Assembly: GCA_036555615.1 (NCBI GenBank)
Contig: DATBKZ010000028.1
Location: 5,212 to 69,211, forward strand
DNA: 64,000 nt
Source of the DNA: Burkholderiales bacterium
GTDB lineage: Bacteria; Pseudomonadota; Gammaproteobacteria; Burkholderiales; SG8-41
Direction of reading: 5' to 3'
The position numbers and the translations under genes are program-made. The notes beneath the pieces are model-generated. The model did not search any database and was not told the origin of the DNA. It saw nothing but the letters and a program-made list of their open reading frames with translations. Of this stretch, positions 62,699 to 64,000 are shown in pieces (position 1 is the first letter of the stretch; every line of letters begins with the position of its first letter).

Positions 62699-64000
62699 AT
62701 GAGCCATTTTCTCGACCGCATGATGTTCTTCTCGCAGGCGCGCGAGCCGTTCTCCCAGGGGCACGGCGAAATGCGCAAGGAGGACCGCACCTGGGAGGAG
62801 GGCTACCGCCTGCGCTGGCAGCACGACAAGATCGTGCGCTCGACGCACGGGGTGAACTGCACGGGCTCGTGCAGCTGGAAGATCTACGTCAAGGGCGGCG
62901 TGGTGACGTGGGAGACGCAGCAGACCGATTACCCGCGCACGCGCCCCGACATGCCCAACCACGAGCCGCGCGGCTGCTCCCGCGGCGCGTCCTACAGCTG
63001 GTATCTCTACAGCGCAAACCGCCTCAAGTACCCGATGGTGCGCGGGCGGCTCGCCCGCCTGTGGCGCGCGGCCAGGAAATCGCTCGCCCCGGTGGAAGCG
63101 TGGGCATCCATCGTCGAGGACCCGGCGAAGGCGAAGGATTACAAATCCATCCGTGGGCGCGGCGGCTTCGTGCGCTCGAGCTGGGACGAGGTGAACGAGC
63201 TCGTCGCCGCGGCCAACGTCTACACCATCAAGCGCTACGGCCCGGACCGCGTGATCGGCTTCTCGCCGATCCCCGCGATGTCCATGGTGTCGTACGCCGC
63301 CGGCAGCCGCTATCTCTCCCTGATCGGCGGCGTGTGCATGAGCTTCTATGACTGGTACTGCGATCTCCCGCCGTCCTCGCCCCAGACCTGGGGCGAGCAG
63401 ACCGACGTGCCGGAATCGGCCGACTGGTACAACTCCGCATTCATTATCGCCTGGGGCTCGAACGTGCCGCAGACGCGCACGCCCGATGCCCATTTCTTCA
63501 CCGAGGCGCGCTACAACGGCACCAAGACCGTGGCGGTGACGCCCGACTATTCGGAAGTCGCGAAGCTCTCCGACATCTGGCTGCATCCGAAGCAGGGCAC
63601 CGATGCGGCGCTTGGCATGGCGATGGGTCACGTGATCCTCAGGGAGTGCTTCGTCGACCGCCAGGTCGAGTACTTCCAGGATTACTGCAGGCGCTTCACC
63701 GACATGCCGTTGCTGGTCAAGCTCGTGAAGCGCGGCGACCGCTTCGTGCCGGACCGCTACCTGCGCGCTTCCGACTTTGCGGACCGGCTTGGCCAGGCCA
63801 ACAACCCCGAATGGAAGACGGTGGCGATCGATGAGACGACCGGGCAGCCGGTGGCCCCGCAGGGTTCGATCGGTTACCGCTGGGGACAGCAGGTCGAGGG
63901 CGACCTCGGCAAGTGGAACCTGGAGCAGAAGAACGGCACGGGCGGCGCCGAGGTGAAGCTCGCGCTGTCGCTCATCGGCCGCCGCGACGAGGTCGCGCCC
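62699..64000 (+). CDS. narG: Respiratory nitrate reductase alpha subunit, 5' part (runs off the window)
   Basis: My own translation from ATG 62699 reads MSHFLDRMMFFSQ...STHGVNCTGSCSWKIYVKGG (FS0 His-Cys3 cluster motif), then YDWYCDLPPSSPQTWGEQTDVPESADWYNS. The frame stays open to position 64000 and is absent from the ORF track because it has no stop. Confidence 0.95.
   Translation, partial: MSHFLDRMMFFSQAREPFSQGHGEMRKEDRTWEEGYRLRWQHDKIVRSTHGVNCTGSCSWKIYVKGGVVTWETQQTDYPRTRPDMPNHEPRGCSRGASYSWYLYSANRLKYPMVRGRLARLWRAARKSLAPVEAWASIVEDPAKAKDYKSIRGRGGFVRSSWDEVNELVAAANVYTIKRYGPDRVIGFSPIPAMSMVSYAAGSRYLSLIGGVCMSFYDWYCDLPPSSPQTWGEQTDVPESADWYNSAFIIAWGSNVPQTRTPDAHFFTEARYNGTKTVAVTPDYSEVAKLSDIWLHPKQGTDAALGMAMGHVILRECFVDRQVEYFQDYCRRFTDMPLLVKLVKRGDRFVPDRYLRASDFADRLGQANNPEWKTVAIDETTGQPVAPQGSIGYRWGQQVEGDLGKWNLEQKNGTGGAEVKLALSLIGRRDEVAP

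Noticed and set aside
1-64000. Mobile genetic elements, prophage, toxin-antitoxin or anti-phage defence systems
   Set aside because: No integrase, transposase, recombinase, phage structural, restriction-modification, Cas, abortive-infection-type or TA-like gene pairs were recognisable in any frame. The secreted SNase-like nuclease (3660-4196) has a signal peptide and no partner genes, so it is not treated as a defence nuclease.

Overview
This is a G+C-rich chromosomal segment from a Gram-negative bacterium. By eye it is about two-thirds G+C, with strong G/C bias at third codon positions. Several features point to a denitrifying betaproteobacterium, possibly Burkholderiales-like, but this is inference only: the gene order (tsaE-amidase ... 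mutL-miaA; xseA / exbB-exbD-lpxK-ycaR-kdsB-adk), five Bug/TctC-type binders, and narK1-narK2-narG. I call 63 protein-coding genes, including one 45-codon ORF missing from the supplied track and narG running off the right edge. I saw no rRNA, tRNA, CRISPR array, integrase, transposase, phage gene or recognisable defence gene. Many long ORFs in the track are antisense or out-of-frame artefacts of the high G+C content. The content is mostly housekeeping and transport/catabolism genes.

The items most worth follow-up are:
1. An uncharacterised LysR-associated operon (paaI-ubiX-ubiD-2HADH-crotonase-sucCD-like). It couples a prFMN (UbiD/UbiX) decarboxylase to CoA-thioester enzymes. Orphan TTT binders and a class III CoA-transferase flank it.
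2. A pyrophosphate-energy module: a duplicated adk, a PPi-type phosphofructokinase, a K+-independent H+-PPase and a gamma-CA-like protein.
3. A putative phosphate-starvation lipid-remodelling operon (PlcP-like phosphoesterase, GT4 and DgkA) preceded by a Pho-box-like direct repeat.
4. A recurrent family of degenerate tandem heptamer arrays in intergenic regions, often as inverted pairs, plus two REP-like hairpin families.

All functional calls come from motif recognition by eye. No database search was run.
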